Virus record (IMG/VR): IMGVR_UViG_3300018429_000006
Coordinates: 1 to 53,170 of that record
From: a virus
Lineage: Duplodnaviria > Caudoviricetes
Strand: one strand, 5' to 3'
DNA length: 53,170 nucleotides
The position numbers and the translations under genes were made by a program. Of the stretch, positions 9,467 through 20,101 are shown in pieces (position 1 is the first letter of the stretch; every line of letters starts with the position of its first letter). The notes below the pieces were generated by a model. It was not told the origin of the DNA. It was given only the letters and a program-made list of their open reading frames with translations, and did not search any database.

Positions 9467-10108
9467 ATGGCACACGATAACGCTTCCAGCGTTGCGGGAA
9501 TGGCGATTCGTGTTACACGACTCGCCTCTTCCGGAGCACTTGTAACTGGACCCAGCGCTTCATATGTTACAAAAAAGTTTGTTTCGCTTGGCTTCACCCC
9601 CGAGTACGAAACAGGCGACGAATTCACAACCAAGGCCGCAGACGGTTCCGTTTGCGTTACTTGGAAGGCACCTGACACACTCAAGCGAGTCACCCTGAGC
9701 ATTGCTCTGTGTGATCCCGATCCTGAGTTCACCGAAATGATTTCCGGTGGTACCCTCCTTTCATCTGGCGGCGTGTCCGTTGGATACAAGGCCCCTCTCG
9801 TGGGCATCGATGCTACCCCTAACGGTGTTGCTATCGAAGTGTGGTCCATTGCGAACGTCAACGGTCGTCAGGCCGCAACTAACCCGTACTGGCACTGGGT
9901 ATTCCCATACGCTCAGATGCATCAGGCAGGCGAGCGTGCTATCCAGAACGATCTTCTGGCTACAAGCTTCGAGGGCTGGGGCGTAGGAAACACAGGCTTC
10001 GGAGACGGACCCGCAGTACCGCTGTGGCCATTCGCCGCTGATGCTCCTGTAGCATACGCCCGCACCACATCCGTTCCTGCGGGAACTGGCTACCAAACAG
10101 TAACATAA
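9467..10108 (+). CDS. major tail protein
   Basis: 213 aa, strong AGGAG RBS, IRVTRL...PEYETGDEF...ADGSVC...LCDPDPE pattern. Followed by a terminator. Confidence 0.75.
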   Translation: MAHDNASSVAGMAIRVTRLASSGALVTGPSASYVTKKFVSLGFTPEYETGDEFTTKAADGSVCVTWKAPDTLKRVTLSIALCDPDPEFTEMISGGTLLSSGGVSVGYKAPLVGIDATPNGVAIEVWSIANVNGRQAATNPYWHWVFPYAQMHQAGERAIQNDLLATSFEGWGVGNTGFGDGPAVPLWPFAADAPVAYARTTSVPAGTGYQTVT

Positions 10109-10126
10109 TCCCAATAGCAGTAAACT

Positions 10127-10165
10127 AAACTGGCTGGTTCCTTCGGGAGCCAGCCAGTTTTCTTT
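10127..10165 (+). terminator. intrinsic terminator
   Basis: AAACTGGCTGGTTCC-TTCG-GGAGCCAGCCAGTTT followed by TCTTT. Confidence 0.85.
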
Positions 10166-10166
10166 A

Positions 10167-10175
10167 TGGTATAAT
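10167..10175 (+). promoter_or_regulatory. extended -10 promoter TGGTATAAT
   Basis: Perfect TGnTATAAT immediately after the terminator, 25 nt before the next ATG. Confidence 0.65.
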
Positions 10176-10199
10176 GGATTAACAGAGCATTGGAGAAAA

Positions 10200-10889
10200 A
10201 TGGCTACTCTATGGATTAGTGCCGCAGACACTATTGACCCAACCGGGCCATACACTGACTCTGCTGTACAGTACGCCAGCTTCATCCTTTACAAACTGTC
10301 AGCAGAGAAGTACACCGGAATTCAGACCACTACTGAAGTATATACATCCGAAAACTCACTGTCAACTGCAACCCGTCCCGAGATCATGAACGGGAACATG
10401 TACAATATTGCCCGCTTCTCGGAAGGCCACCGCAACCTTAGATTGCGACACACACCTGTCAGATCAGTAGGCTCTATCGCATATATGGGACGAACGCTTG
10501 ATCCCAGTGAATATTCCTTGCGAAACAGCAGCTACCTAGTCAGGCAAAACGCTCTTCCGTGGGTTCTGGACCCTGTGAACGAGCTTTCGATCACCTACAC
10601 ATACGGAACTCCACCGCCAGCAGCGGGACGAAGAGCAGCAATCCGACTGGCAAACGAGCTAATACTGGCAGACATGGGATCAAATGCATGTGCCCTGCCG
10701 GAACGTATTTCATCCGTTTCAAAGCAGGGTATGTCTTACACCGTCATGGACCCGCAAGAGTTCATTTCAAACGGAAAGGTCGGAATCTACGAGATCGATC
10801 TTTTTCTAGCAGCAGTCAACCCTAACAAGGCCAAAAAGAGGCCTAAGGTATTCTCGGTCGATAGGCCGAGGGGAGAGAGAATAAACTAA
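10200..10889 (+). CDS. head-to-tail adaptor
   Basis: 229 aa, GGAG RBS. ITYTYGTPPPAAGRRAA...CALPERISSVSKQG..V..MD pattern typical of actinophage adaptors. Confidence 0.7.
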   Translation: MATLWISAADTIDPTGPYTDSAVQYASFILYKLSAEKYTGIQTTTEVYTSENSLSTATRPEIMNGNMYNIARFSEGHRNLRLRHTPVRSVGSIAYMGRTLDPSEYSLRNSSYLVRQNALPWVLDPVNELSITYTYGTPPPAAGRRAAIRLANELILADMGSNACALPERISSVSKQGMSYTVMDPQEFISNGKVGIYEIDLFLAAVNPNKAKKRPKVFSVDRPRGERIN

Positions 10890-11155
10890 TGAGCGCAACA
10901 GATCCATACGCAGCCCCAGATGCCCCTAACGTAGAGGAAGCTCGACTCCCTGTACCGGAACCCGTAGAGGCCCCTGTAGAGGCCGTAGAAGCCTCTCAGA
11001 TCGAGTTTCCAGTCGTCCCGGAGGGTTCCATCAAGACTGTCCTCGCTTGGGTCGGAGAAGACCGCACAAAGGCGCAGGCAGCACTCGCATACGAGATCGA
11101 CAATGAGGGTCGCAAGACTCTCATCAAAGAACTCAATAACCTTCTAAACGACTAA
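10889..11155 (+). CDS. small acidic hypothetical protein (88 aa)
   Basis: TAATG overlap, GGGGAG RBS. C-terminal VLAWVG.D...A..AL..E....GRKTL helical motif. Confidence 0.7.
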   Translation: MSATDPYAAPDAPNVEEARLPVPEPVEAPVEAVEASQIEFPVVPEGSIKTVLAWVGEDRTKAQAALAYEIDNEGRKTLIKELNNLLND

Positions 11156-11171
11156 TTAACGGAGAACCGCT

Positions 11172-11717
11172 ATGCTAGACCCACAAGAGTTTGTCCAGAT
11201 AGCGGATCATCTTTACAACACAGTTGTAGCGACGTATGCCGATCATGGGGTAGCCCTTCCAGAACGAAGGTACCTCGCGGTTGGTGGGCAAGGTAGCACA
11301 GTTCACGATTGTGAACAAATGACGGTCTCCTTTGAGCAAGGGTACTCGGGTCTTCCGGGTACCCAAGCTCAGGAACCGGCCAAGTGCAACACACCACGCA
11401 CCGGAGTTTACATTGTAGAAGTGGTCCGAGCCATTCCCAACTCTAACACGACTGACGCTAGTCCTGCCACACTGGTACCATCACGATATGGTCAGACCGT
11501 TACAGGGTATCAGATGGTCCCTGCCGAGGTACAGAGCGAGCACGCCCGTAAGCAGATGGTTGATGCCATGCTGCTGCTGGATGCCGGTCTAAGGGCTGGG
11601 GAGACGACCCTGACAGGCTCCCTCGCTGATGTCTCAGCGGGCACACCACAGGGCGGCTTTCAGGCCATGACACTCATCCTCACCACGTCGGCACTGTCGA
11701 ACGTGTACGAAGGATAG
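11172..11717 (+). CDS. head-tail connector / tail terminator-like protein
   Basis: 181 aa, GGAG RBS, position in the neck cluster. Confidence 0.5.
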   Translation: MLDPQEFVQIADHLYNTVVATYADHGVALPERRYLAVGGQGSTVHDCEQMTVSFEQGYSGLPGTQAQEPAKCNTPRTGVYIVEVVRAIPNSNTTDASPATLVPSRYGQTVTGYQMVPAEVQSEHARKQMVDAMLLLDAGLRAGETTLTGSLADVSAGTPQGGFQAMTLILTTSALSNVYEG

Positions 11718-11720
11718 ACT

Positions 11721-12104
11721 ATGGCTTATTTTGTTGCTGACGAAGCGGCAATGAAACGCCTCATGACCTCCCCTGACGGCGAAGTAGGGCGCTATCTCAC
11801 CAAGCTTGGTGCAAGAGTTGCCCTGCTCGCCAAGGCCCAAGTCGGAGTAGATACAGGAGCGCTCAAACGATCCATCAACTTCCGGCTGGTTCAGGGCGGT
11901 GGCGGACTCACAGCCGTCATCGGTTCTGACAACCGAATTGCACTCATGCACCATCAAGGAACTAGACCTCATATCATAACTCCGCGCAGAGCGCAAACAC
12001 TGAGGTTCTATTCTCGTGGTAGAATAGTGTATAGCAAACTTGTCCACCATCCGGGGACAAAACCCAATAGGTATCTCACAGATAACCTACGCAGAGTCAT
12101 TTGA
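11721..12104 (+). CDS. HK97 gp10-like tail completion protein
   Basis: Basic 127-aa protein with VDTGALKRSI...HQGTRPH...HPGTKPNRYL motifs. Confidence 0.7.
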   Translation: MAYFVADEAAMKRLMTSPDGEVGRYLTKLGARVALLAKAQVGVDTGALKRSINFRLVQGGGGLTAVIGSDNRIALMHHQGTRPHIITPRRAQTLRFYSRGRIVYSKLVHHPGTKPNRYLTDNLRRVI

Positions 12105-12138
12105 CAGCAGACATCTTCACACGACATTAGGATACACC

Positions 12139-12477
12139 ATGGCAGCACGTAAGATCAAGTCCTTCATCTCTGAGACTGAAGAAGCACCGGTAGAACCCAT
12201 CGAGTTCGAACTGGTGAAGGGTGAAACATTCGAAGCATACGGGGAGGTCTCCGGAGCCGTCACCCTAGAGTTCATTGCAGCTACGAGCGGCGAGAACTCT
12301 GCCGACACGGCCAAGGGCATTCTCTCCTACCTGAAGGCTTCGATGGATGAAGAGAACTATAAGCGGTTCAATGCTATCATCCATAGCCCAGACCACAAAA
12401 TCAAGATCGAGCAGCTATCTCTTATTGTAGCCTACCTGATTGAGGAGCGTTCCTCGCGCCCTACGGAAGCGTCCTAG
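12139..12477 (+). CDS. tail assembly chaperone (short form, 112 aa)
   Basis: AGGA RBS before the ATG at 12139, ends ..SSRPTEAS, two genes upstream of the tape measure gene. Confidence 0.7.
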   Translation: MAARKIKSFISETEEAPVEPIEFELVKGETFEAYGEVSGAVTLEFIAATSGENSADTAKGILSYLKASMDEENYKRFNAIIHSPDHKIKIEQLSLIVAYLIEERSSRPTEAS

Positions 12478-12794
12478 GGGTAGGGCGCGACTTCATCAAA
12501 TGGTGGCCGTACATTGACGGCCACCATCTCCGTAAGGGGATCAACCTCAAAAAGATGTTCAACGAGTTGGGCAGCGAGAGAACGTTCAATGTTATTGACG
12601 ATATTCTCGTAGAAGAAGCACTGAGAAACGCAGAGACTGAAGATACTCTGTTGAAGATCAGACTAGCGTTTGAAAAGATTTACACAACCAGAGATAGTGA
12701 TGATTCAACGGTTGAAATTGATTATAGCGATGTGGAGTACATTGAGCCATCGGATGATGGCTACGAGGGCCTCCCATTCGCACCGTTGAATTAA
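12459..12794 (+). CDS. tail assembly chaperone C-terminal extension reached by -1 frameshift
   Basis: The -1 frame is open from 12444 to 12794 (PYGSVLGVGRDFIKWWPYIDGHHLRKGINL...). Candidate slip is CGC-CCT to CCC-TAC at 12457-12464. Confidence 0.6.
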   Translation, partial: PYGSVLGVGRDFIKWWPYIDGHHLRKGINLKKMFNELGSERTFNVIDDILVEEALRNAETEDTLLKIRLAFEKIYTTRDSDDSTVEIDYSDVEYIEPSDDGYEGLPFAPLN

Positions 12795-12809
12795 GAGTTG
12801 GAGCACAGG

Positions 12810-15800
12810 TTGGCACTCATAGGATCTGCTTACGTTGAGATACGCGCACTAGATACAAATCTACAGCGTGACATCGACAATGCCGTGAAGAAGATCAAAG
12901 ATGTCACCCTGAATCTACAGACTGATGTCAACCTTGCTCCAGTTCGTAAAAAGATCCAAGATCTTCGAAAAGAACTCAAAAATGAACCACTCGTCTTCTC
13001 TACTGAGGTAGACGACTCCAAGGTTGTTGACAGTCTGGCTGACGCTCACCAGTTTTATGAGGACAACCCTCTAACCGTTGTCTCCACGACTGATACAGCC
13101 CAGATGGAGACTGCTCTCCAGAGTGTGCAAGAGCGGTACCGCTTCCTTGAATCCAACGTCAATGCAAATGCTAACACAGCAGCCGCTGAAGCACAACTTG
13201 GTGTTCTTGCGAGGCGACGTACAGCAACCATCGTTCCAAAGATCAAGATGGACCCTGAGACTCACAAGGCACTTAAAGGGCTAGCTTATGCGATGCTTGG
13301 TGCTGTACCTGCCCCGCTGATTAAGACAGCCATCGCGTCCGTTCTAGGGAACCTTGAGGGCCTTGCCGTAGGCATGGCAAAGATTACCACTGTCGTTGGG
13401 TCTGCCGGTGCTGCACTTCTTACGCTGGCCTCAAACACATTCACAGTCGGTTCAGGGCTTGCATCAATACTTGGCATTGTAGCAGTAGCACCAGCAATCT
13501 TCTCCGCATTCGGGGTAGGGGTTGTCTCTGCTGTCCTTGGATTCAAGGACTTCGGTGCGGCACTTTCTTCGGATGCAAAGAAGGCCGCTGAGGCTATGGC
13601 CAAGCTCCCTCCTGAAGCACAGGCGGCGGCAAAGTCGCTCAAGGGTCTGGGATCTGAAATCAGAAAGTCCTCCCAAGCCGCGTTCTGGAAAGAGCTTGGG
13701 ACATCCATTCAGGACTTCATGAAGCCTGCCTTCGATGTTATCAAGAAGGGGATGGAAGGGTCTTCCACAGCCACGGCAAAATTTGTCAAAGGCGCACTAG
13801 CGTCCTTCCAAGAATTTGCCGAAAACGGTGGAATGGATAAGCTGTTCACCAACATCAACAAGGGGCTTGAATCTGCCTCCAAGGCATCCAAGCCATTCTT
13901 TGATGCGATGAACACGATCTCTCTGACAGGTTCCAAGCATCTTGAGCGTTATGGGGAGAAGCTTACTGCCGCCGCAGAACGATTCGACGCATGGGCTACA
14001 CGTGTCTCCGAGAGCGGAGAGATGGATACGTGGATCAGGGAAGCTGGCGACAACCTTCATAATCTGGGTAAGGTTATTGGCGAGACTACCAACATCTTCA
14101 AGGGCCTCACCAATGCTGCTGCTGAATCCGGGGGCGCAACCCTAGCGGATATGGCTAACGGACTGAAGAATATTGCTGATACTGTTAACGGAGAGCCTTT
14201 CCACTCCAAACTTGTGATGGTTCTTGAGGGTGCACGAAGCGGCATGGACGCCCTTGGTGACGGCTTCGGGTCCATCATGACGGTGATAGGCAACTCTACT
14301 GTTGCAATCAGTAACTTCCTCAAGGTTGCAGGAGAAATTGGCGGGTCCTTCTTCAACAATTTCTCTAAGATCTTTGATGGAGGGGCTTTCGGCTCCGGGA
14401 TGGTTGACTTCCTTTTTGGCGTCAAGAAGGCAATGGATGACCTAGAGCCGACTTTCCGTAACATCGGCAAGATAATGGGAGACTTCGGGACCATTGCAGC
14501 AGTCATGCTTACGAGCATGGTTCCGGGCCTTAACAACCTTTTTGACACCATGTCTTCCGTGATTGGAGAACTCAAGCAGGGTGTAATCGATGTCATCCCC
14601 ATCTTCAATGAGTTCGTGCAGGGTATTCTCCTTGTAGCTGCACCAATTGCTATTGCAGTTGCCGATGCTCTCGGGAAGGTGCTAGAGTTCTTCGCGGGCC
14701 TACCGAGTTTCCTCCAGAACGCTATCATCGGTATAGGCCTCTTCCTCATTATTCTGGCCAAGCTCAAGGCCATGCTTATGAATACGGTCGATGGCCCCTT
14801 GACCGGATTCAGGAAAGCCATAGCTAATACCGGCGATATGCTCCGTAACACCTTCGGAAAGTCCTCCGACATTCATACGGGATTCTCGCTTATAGGTTCT
14901 TCCGCTGGTAATGCCGCACGTGTCACTGGGAAAGCTTTCGGCAACATCATGGACAGCGCCAAAATCGCTGGCATGTATATTGGTGATGGCTTCAAGAAGT
15001 CATTCAGCCAGTTTGGCGACCAGTTGAAGAAACTGGGAACACCTATCAAGGAATTCGGTTCCATGATGGGCAAGGTCATGGGTGAAGCCCTCTGGCCTCA
15101 GGATGTCCGTAATGGGTTCAAGCAGGTTGGTACAAAGCTAGCAGACGTGGCACGAATCTACACAGGCTACTTTACTGCTGCCAAAGATAAGATCATGGCC
15201 ATCGGCAGGTCAATCGCCTCTGCGTTCCCTGCCAGCCTGCTTGGCCCTGCGCTAAAAGCCCTTCCGGGTGAGATCGGAAAGACGTTTGCATGGGCTGGTG
15301 AAAAGGTAGCCTCCGGTGTAGCCAACATGGCTAAGATCCTAGCTGGACCACAGGTCGGCTTTGCTCTGGAAAAGATGAGGCAGGCCATTGCTGACCACTC
15401 CCTCTACGCTTCCAAGCGCCTTGAGGATATTGGCAAGGGTATGCAGAATGCGGTAACGGCCATTAAAAATGCCCCTGCCGCGATTGGCGCTGCCCTCTCC
15501 AAAGTCGGTTCCGTGGTTGCTGAGACGTTCGGCAGGATCAAGGAGTCGGTAGCTACAGCATTCAACTCTGCTGTCCTAGCAGCAGCAGTTCACCCCCTTA
15601 CTGCACCGTTTATTAGAATGGCTGACGCTGCCAAGACAGGTGCGGCAAATGCGCTGACCCATATCGGAAACATGGCTAAAGCTGTTGGAACAGCCGTCAA
15701 CACAATGACGGTACCCGCCCGAACTGCGTTTGCTGGGTTGGCTACTGTTGCTAGTATACATGCTGGAGTCATTGCTGATAGGTTCAAGATTGCTGCCGAA

Positions 15801-18278
15801 CGCGTTGGTGGAAACTTTGCTACAGCGTTTGGCAACGCCGGAAGGGATATTGCGAACGTAAGCTCCAATATCTCCAGTACACTTGGACGAGCTTTCTCAG
15901 GTGTGACGACAGCGGCGACCACTGCTGCCGCTGCGGTAAGCAGTACCTTCGGTGCGGCTGCTACACGTCTGAAAGAGAATTTCGCCCCTGCTGCGGGCGC
16001 AATCCGCGAGACCTTTTCTACAATCGGGCACCACCTTGCCCCTGCCGGTACCGCCCTTAGGGAGATTGGCACAGCCGCTAGCATGGCTGCTGGTAACATG
16101 GGAGCAGCCGCTGGAAAGGGGCTTGCAGGGGCTGCAAGCGGCCTTCTAGGCGTTCTTGGTGGCCCATGGGGCATCGCCCTCGCCGCAGCCACTGTGGGCC
16201 TTACAATGTATGCTGACAGCCTTGCACAGTCCAAGCAGAAGACAGACTCCCTTGCTGCATCTCTTGATCAGGCTTCCGGTGCAGTCACTGGTGCCACCAA
16301 GAACCTGCTTGCAACCAACGCTCTTGACGGTGCAACCAATGATTGGGATAACTTCTGGCGCGGGATTGCTCAGGGAAGTAAGTCAACTGAAGAAACCCTA
16401 GGGAAGCTGGGAACCACAACACAGGATTACGTTGACAAGCTTGCCGACTCATCTTCGCGTGATTCCTACGTCAAGGGCCTTGATGCAATCAAGACTGCTA
16501 TGCGAAACGGGGTACCTGTCACTGAGGAAATGGCTGCTGCCATCGGATCTACCAAGGAGGCCCTAAAGGGCGTCAATGGTAATGACATGGCGCACCTTTC
16601 AGAGAAGGCGAAGAACGCTGCCGACGAGCTAACCCGCGCTGAGCAGAAGATAAAGGGTATCGCGGCTGCCACTGGAACCTCCACTGTACAGGCCAAGATA
16701 CTTTCCAAGAACTTCGAGACACTTGCCAGCACCACCAGCACCGCAGCGGACAAATTCACTGCCCTCAAGCAGAACCTTGACCTCTTGAACGCAAGCTCAG
16801 AGATCAAGAACAGTAAGATGGGTGTAACTGTATCAGCGGAGAAGGCATACCAGCAGACTCTTTCGGACACAAAGACCTCGCTTACTGGCCTTATTGAAAA
16901 GAACGGCGGACTGCTGGGCAACCTCTACGAGGTTGGCAAGGGCTTCGAAATGACATCACAGGGTGGCCGTGATCTTCACACCGCCCTTGATGGCCAGTCA
17001 GATGCTATCCTTAAAATCGGTACCTCAGCAATGGATCAGGCCCTCAAGGCCGGTAAGAGTACATCCGACGCACAGGCTGCGGCAATCTCCGCTATGGCTC
17101 CGGGCGTTGCAGCGCTTATACAGACCATGAGGGATATTGGGCTGGAGCAGCCTGAGATTGATGCTGTTGTCAAGAGTTTCGGACTAATGCCTGACCAGAT
17201 CACTACGGCTATTGACGTGAAGGGTGCAGACGAAGCCCAGCGCAAGATTATCCTGACAAAGGCTGTTGCCGACGCATTCACCAACGGTAACTACAAGGCC
17301 ATGCTTGCAGCCCTCCCAGACGCGGCCAAGAAGGCTATTGCTGACGCAACCGGTAAGGGTAAGGAATATGCTGAGGGAGATTATGAGTCTGTTCTAAAGG
17401 CCTTTGATGGTACTGCTGGTGGACGTGAAGCGGCTCTTGCAGCTATTCTCGGTACCACGAATGGAGATTACAAAGCAGCACTCAAGGCTTGGGATGACAC
17501 TGTAGCAGGTAGGACAGCAGCATTCGAGTCCATCCTCGCAACCACAAATGGTGACTACAAGGCCGCTGTAGCCGCATGGGACGCGACAAGTCCCGGACGA
17601 GCAGCAGCCATCGAAGCTATCCTCAAAACCACGAACGGTGACTACAAGGCCGCGATCAAGACTTACCTTGATCAGGGCACAGCAGCAGCTACAGAGGCAG
17701 GCATCAGGACCATTGCAAACAAACAATATTCCGCCAGCATCAAACTACTCCTTGGGCCAGCACCCGCAATCCCTGCTGGAATTAGAGCACCAGCAGCGGC
17801 TAATGGCGCAATACTATCATCCGTGACAAATAGGGCCTCCCTATTGGCCGGGAACCTCCCCATGCAAGTAAAGGCGTTTGCAAATGGCGGGATTGAGCGT
17901 CATGTCGCACAGATAGCCCCCGCTGGAGCTATGAGGCTATGGGCCGAGCCTGAAACTGGGGGAGAGGCTTACCTACCTCTCGGAAAATCAAAGCGACCGC
18001 GCTCTCTCAAGATTCTTGAGCAGGTTGCTGAGATGTTCGGATTCTCGCTGGTCAAGGGGCTTAAGTTTGCAAATGGTGGAATTCTCTCCGGAATGAAGGC
18101 TAAATCTCCTTCAATCTCTAGGGAAGCCCTTTCCGCACGCACCACAGTGGCATCTATGGGATCAACAACCAGCCCAACAGTTATCACCAACGTTTATCCG
18201 TCTGCTGGCCTCAATGAGGAACAGGTCGCCAACTCAGTAAGTGAAAACATTTACTGGAAACTCTCTACTCAGGTTTAG
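12810..18278 (+). CDS. tape measure protein (~1820 aa)
   Basis: Very long Ala/Gly-rich helical ORF after the chaperones. N-terminal IGSAYVEI and C-terminal FANGG..AEPETGGEAYLPL. TTG start at 12810 (GGAG RBS) or 12798. Confidence 0.92.
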   Translation: MALIGSAYVEIRALDTNLQRDIDNAVKKIKDVTLNLQTDVNLAPVRKKIQDLRKELKNEPLVFSTEVDDSKVVDSLADAHQFYEDNPLTVVSTTDTAQMETALQSVQERYRFLESNVNANANTAAAEAQLGVLARRRTATIVPKIKMDPETHKALKGLAYAMLGAVPAPLIKTAIASVLGNLEGLAVGMAKITTVVGSAGAALLTLASNTFTVGSGLASILGIVAVAPAIFSAFGVGVVSAVLGFKDFGAALSSDAKKAAEAMAKLPPEAQAAAKSLKGLGSEIRKSSQAAFWKELGTSIQDFMKPAFDVIKKGMEGSSTATAKFVKGALASFQEFAENGGMDKLFTNINKGLESASKASKPFFDAMNTISLTGSKHLERYGEKLTAAAERFDAWATRVSESGEMDTWIREAGDNLHNLGKVIGETTNIFKGLTNAAAESGGATLADMANGLKNIADTVNGEPFHSKLVMVLEGARSGMDALGDGFGSIMTVIGNSTVAISNFLKVAGEIGGSFFNNFSKIFDGGAFGSGMVDFLFGVKKAMDDLEPTFRNIGKIMGDFGTIAAVMLTSMVPGLNNLFDTMSSVIGELKQGVIDVIPIFNEFVQGILLVAAPIAIAVADALGKVLEFFAGLPSFLQNAIIGIGLFLIILAKLKAMLMNTVDGPLTGFRKAIANTGDMLRNTFGKSSDIHTGFSLIGSSAGNAARVTGKAFGNIMDSAKIAGMYIGDGFKKSFSQFGDQLKKLGTPIKEFGSMMGKVMGEALWPQDVRNGFKQVGTKLADVARIYTGYFTAAKDKIMAIGRSIASAFPASLLGPALKALPGEIGKTFAWAGEKVASGVANMAKILAGPQVGFALEKMRQAIADHSLYASKRLEDIGKGMQNAVTAIKNAPAAIGAALSKVGSVVAETFGRIKESVATAFNSAVLAAAVHPLTAPFIRMADAAKTGAANALTHIGNMAKAVGTAVNTMTVPARTAFAGLATVASIHAGVIADRFKIAAERVGGNFATAFGNAGRDIANVSSNISSTLGRAFSGVTTAATTAAAAVSSTFGAAATRLKENFAPAAGAIRETFSTIGHHLAPAGTALREIGTAASMAAGNMGAAAGKGLAGAASGLLGVLGGPWGIALAAATVGLTMYADSLAQSKQKTDSLAASLDQASGAVTGATKNLLATNALDGATNDWDNFWRGIAQGSKSTEETLGKLGTTTQDYVDKLADSSSRDSYVKGLDAIKTAMRNGVPVTEEMAAAIGSTKEALKGVNGNDMAHLSEKAKNAADELTRAEQKIKGIAAATGTSTVQAKILSKNFETLASTTSTAADKFTALKQNLDLLNASSEIKNSKMGVTVSAEKAYQQTLSDTKTSLTGLIEKNGGLLGNLYEVGKGFEMTSQGGRDLHTALDGQSDAILKIGTSAMDQALKAGKSTSDAQAAAISAMAPGVAALIQTMRDIGLEQPEIDAVVKSFGLMPDQITTAIDVKGADEAQRKIILTKAVADAFTNGNYKAMLAALPDAAKKAIADATGKGKEYAEGDYESVLKAFDGTAGGREAALAAILGTTNGDYKAALKAWDDTVAGRTAAFESILATTNGDYKAAVAAWDATSPGRAAAIEAILKTTNGDYKAAIKTYLDQGTAAATEAGIRTIANKQYSASIKLLLGPAPAIPAGIRAPAAANGAILSSVTNRASLLAGNLPMQVKAFANGGIERHVAQIAPAGAMRLWAEPETGGEAYLPLGKSKRPRSLKILEQVAEMFGFSLVKGLKFANGGILSGMKAKSPSISREALSARTTVASMGSTTSPTVITNVYPSAGLNEEQVANSVSENIYWKLSTQV
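17283..17675 (+). repeat. ~29-aa tandem repeats in the tape measure C-terminal region
   Basis: (N/E)G(D/N)YKA..(K/A)A(W/F)D.T..GR.AA...IL.TT repeated about 4-5 times. Confidence 0.8.
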
Positions 18279-18285
18279 GCCCAAA

Positions 18286-19173
18286 ATGTATTTGAAGACT
18301 GACAGAATCGTAGTGACAATTAAAGACGTTGTGTTTCGCACCTACCGATCAGGTACAGTTGGTCAGTATGTTCTTGACCCAACTGCCCTGACGGGCTGGG
18401 ACGACGGTACCAATATCCGCCGAAGCGCTACAGTGCGACCGGTGTCCGCTGGTGACTTTGCTGAGCCTTACACTTTCTCTGCCCGCGTTATAGCGCTGAG
18501 CGGGACTGCCGTTGCCAGAGACCGCTCCGAACTTCAGAGAATGCGTGATAACCTTGCGGGTCTCCTGAAGGAAGGCGAGTATGGGCAGATCTCCGTTGAA
18601 ACCGCAGCAGGGACCCGCTACGCTACGGTGGGGCTGGAGGGCAAGGTTGAGTGGGTACAGCAGCTTGACAATGTTGCAGTGTTCAGGGTTGAATTCTATG
18701 CCCCGGACCCATACATCTACGGCTACGAGCAAGTCATAACAATTGGAACTGGCTCCGGAACCTCCGCTGGCGGCGGACTCACATACCCGCTGAAGTACGC
18801 TCTGGATTATAATGCTCAGAATAAAGAGCAGACCGCTTCCACCATCACCAACAACGGCAATGTTGCTGCATGGCCAAAGTTTGTGATTACAGGGGACTAC
18901 TACTCCGGTTTTACTATTACGGATGGGAAAGACAAATCGGTGACCTACAACGGGATGGTCACCCCGCAATCTCCCGTCACCATCGATATGGCAAAAGGCA
19001 CGGCGATGCAGAACCGAATCGATAAGAGCACAAACCTGTCTGAACGGGAATGGTTTTCTGTAGCCCCTGCCCAAACTATGAAGCCGAAGTTCCTACCTAT
19101 AGCAGATGTGACCGGAGGGCCTGTCTGGCTCACCGGTTGGTGTGATATAATTATACGAGATACTTTCATATAG
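18286..19173 (+). CDS. minor tail protein (distal tail protein-like)
   Basis: First gene after the TMP, with FYAPDPYIYG and TITNNGNVAAWP motifs typical of Dit. ATG 18286 preferred over the overlapping GTG 18241. Confidence 0.75.
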   Translation: MYLKTDRIVVTIKDVVFRTYRSGTVGQYVLDPTALTGWDDGTNIRRSATVRPVSAGDFAEPYTFSARVIALSGTAVARDRSELQRMRDNLAGLLKEGEYGQISVETAAGTRYATVGLEGKVEWVQQLDNVAVFRVEFYAPDPYIYGYEQVITIGTGSGTSAGGGLTYPLKYALDYNAQNKEQTASTITNNGNVAAWPKFVITGDYYSGFTITDGKDKSVTYNGMVTPQSPVTIDMAKGTAMQNRIDKSTNLSEREWFSVAPAQTMKPKFLPIADVTGGPVWLTGWCDIIIRDTFI

Positions 19174-19195
19174 TATAGAAAATGAGGAATGACAG

Positions 19196-20101
19196 ATGAC
19201 TTCAGGATGGGGCGTTGACGCCACAGTAAACGGATCGGGAGACGTAACTTCTGGTACAGAATCTTCCGATGTTAGAAAGGTCTGGGGAGCGCTCTACTCT
19301 CCCGGCGTAGTGTCCGGTGCAACTATCACACGCTCGGCCAGCGCCATGACCTACCAAGTTGCTTCCGGAGTCGTAGCAATCAAGACTGTCACCGGAGAAG
19401 TAGTGATGACGCCCGTACAGGGTTCCACACTCACGGTAGCATCCCCTCCCGGAACCGGCTCCCGCTTCGACGTTATTTTTGCCCAACAGCGTTTTCCTTC
19501 GGACGGAGACTCTTACTCCATATACAGGTTCCTCTCCTTCACAACTGAGGCCGGTATCAGCCTACCTGCAAATAGTCAGGAAGTAAAACGCTATCAGGTT
19601 CTTGCTGGACCAGCCAACACCAACGCTGCCGTTCTCAAGGGTGGAGTCAACTATTCCATCCCATACGGAGCTAGCTTGGGGCGACTTCACTACTACCAGT
19701 ACGCGTCAGGAATCGGCTCTGTTCTTCCACAGTTCCAGCGAGTAGGGGCTGGTAGCTTCTGGCTCCCTACAGATAGAAGAATCCGCTTCAAGGTTCACGC
19801 GGTGATGGGGGCCTCTAATGCATCTGGATTTGATAATTCGAAATACTGTGAGTATGGGTTCATCCCCAGCCTCAACACTTCGGACTTCATTCTCTGGTCT
19901 TCTGGAGGCTTGCACCAAGCGTGGCAGACATTTTACTTTGAAACAACTATCAATGCGCCTCAAGGGGAGAATACGTGTAGCATTATTCTCACCAAGCTGG
20001 TTGGCCCCGGAACCCCTGTTGTATACAAGGGTGCAGGTGGGGATGGTTACGGTCGAACCGGTATTGAATTCACCGTTGAAGATGTTGGACCGGCAGTTTA
20101 A
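19196..20101 (+). CDS. minor tail protein
   Basis: 301 aa, GAGGA RBS, in the tail-tip cluster, SRFDVI motif. Confidence 0.65.
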   Translation: MTSGWGVDATVNGSGDVTSGTESSDVRKVWGALYSPGVVSGATITRSASAMTYQVASGVVAIKTVTGEVVMTPVQGSTLTVASPPGTGSRFDVIFAQQRFPSDGDSYSIYRFLSFTTEAGISLPANSQEVKRYQVLAGPANTNAAVLKGGVNYSIPYGASLGRLHYYQYASGIGSVLPQFQRVGAGSFWLPTDRRIRFKVHAVMGASNASGFDNSKYCEYGFIPSLNTSDFILWSSGGLHQAWQTFYFETTINAPQGENTCSIILTKLVGPGTPVVYKGAGGDGYGRTGIEFTVEDVGPAV

